From: Verrucomicrobiales bacterium
Lineage (GTDB): Bacteria > Verrucomicrobiota > Verrucomicrobiia > Verrucomicrobiales > V1-33
Assembly: GCA_031411295.1 (NCBI GenBank)
Contig: JANOAV010000083.1
Coordinates: 32,001 to 96,000 of the forward strand
Reading direction: 5' to 3'
Length of the DNA stretch: 64,000 bases
In this document: one piece after another, positions 63,087-64,000 of the stretch
Layout of the letters: each line of letters begins with the position of its first letter
Position numbering within the stretch: the stretch's first letter is position 1
The notes under the pieces: generated by a model
Told to the model about the DNA's origin: nothing
The model's input: the letters and a program-made list of their open reading frames with translations, nothing else
The model's database searches: none
Translations under genes and position numbers: made by a program

Positions 63087-63998
63087 TCAGATGTCTTCGA
63101 CTGGGGCTTGGAGCAGAACTTTCAAGGCCTGCTTCTCCGCGGCATTGGCAAAGGTGTCGTAGGCGTGCATCATTTCATTTAAAGTAAATCGATGGGTGAT
63201 CATTTTTTCTGCGGCCAGTTTTCCGGATGCTAGCATGCGCAGGAGCATCGGGGTGGTCACGGTATCGACGAGGCGCGTCGTTAAGGTGATATTGCGATCC
63301 CAGAGTTTTTCCAAATGCAATGTGACTGGTTCACCATGCACGCCGATGTTGGCAATGCGGCCACCTGGCGCGATCACATCCTGACAAGTCTCGAAGGATT
63401 GGGGCACGCCGACCGCATCCATGGCGACGTCAACGCCAACCCCGTTGGTTAAGTGGTGCACCGCTTTGGTGACGTCTTCGTGATCGAAGTTAATGATGTG
63501 GGTGGCGCCCAGCGCTTGGGCGATCCGCAGACGATTGTCATCCCGATCCACCATGATGAGCTGCGCTGGAGAGTAGAATTGAGCGGTCAACAATGCGGCT
63601 AGTCCGATGGGGCCAGCCCCGATGATGACGACGGTGTCTCCCGGAGTGACGCGACCATTTAAGACTCCGCACTCAAAGCCGGTCGGGAACGTGTCGGACA
63701 ACATCACGAGGGCTTCTTCATTGACTCCCTCTGGCGCGGCATACAGGCTGTTGTCCGCATGTGGAATGCGCACGTGTTCCGCCTGGGTTCCGTTGATTTT
63801 ATTGCCCAGAATCCATCCGCCATCAAGACAATGGGAATACATGCCCTGCTTGCAGAAGGAACATTTTCCACAGGAGGTAATACAAGAGATTAACACACGA
63901 TCTCCCGGCTTGAAGTTGGTCACACTAGCTCCCACGGCAGTCACGATGCCAACGCCTTCATGTCCCAGGATGCGACCGTCTGGGATCGTGGGAACATC
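63087..63998 (-). CDS. Zn-dependent alcohol dehydrogenase family protein, 5' partial
   Basis: Frame open to window end (ILGHEGVG); CGKCSFC, GAGPIG. Confidence 0.9.
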   Translation of the reverse strand, partial: DVPTIPDGRILGHEGVGIVTAVGASVTNFKPGDRVLISCITSCGKCSFCKQGMYSHCLDGGWILGNKINGTQAEHVRIPHADNSLYAAPEGVNEEALVMLSDTFPTGFECGVLNGRVTPGDTVVIIGAGPIGLAALLTAQFYSPAQLIMVDRDDNRLRIAQALGATHIINFDHEDVTKAVHHLTNGVGVDVAMDAVGVPQSFETCQDVIAPGGRIANIGVHGEPVTLHLEKLWDRNITLTTRLVDTVTTPMLLRMLASGKLAAEKMITHRFTLNEMMHAYDTFANAAEKQALKVLLQAPVEDI

Positions 63999-64000
63999 TC

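Noticed and set aside
62592..63087. Possible gene or pseudogene downstream of the terminal dehydrogenase
   Set aside because: Several short overlapping frames; none has recognisable homology.

Overview
A 64-kb bacterial window, probably Verrucomicrobiota-like (inferred from A/C-rich leaders lacking Shine-Dalgarno motifs and from the gene families). It holds a dense general-stress, dormancy and low-oxygen gene island. Stress genes include CsbD, two YciE/F, two ElaB/YqjD plus YqjE/YqjK-like, two DUF4142, KatE, dodecin, a PRC-barrel protein, TspO, a truncated haemoglobin and two DUF3494 ice-binding-family proteins. Metabolic genes include AckA, Xfp, several dehydrogenases, oleate hydratase and MgtA. 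Main observation: 17 copies of a 17-bp imperfect palindrome (consensus GTRGGG-N4-ACCCCAT), nearly all oriented toward a downstream start codon, 13 of them 21-22 bp upstream of an nAnnnT -10-like hexamer. This looks like an island-wide regulon. One box precedes an unusual operon: RsbU-N-like pseudokinase (His->Asn), RsbU-N-like HisKA_3 kinase, stand-alone receiver and NarL/LuxR regulator, the candidate master switch. Candidate inputs are four hybrid kinases (one with an ETR1-type ethylene-binding domain, one CHASE3, one in a KaiC-like ATPase operon, one PAS-only) and a ChpT-like phosphotransferase. Also present: a probable 139-bp MITE, internal duplications with identical tracts, many gene remnants and a nonsense codon near the end of the oleate hydratase. 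No rRNA, tRNA, CRISPR array or transposase was recognised. All family assignments are by motif recognition, not database search.
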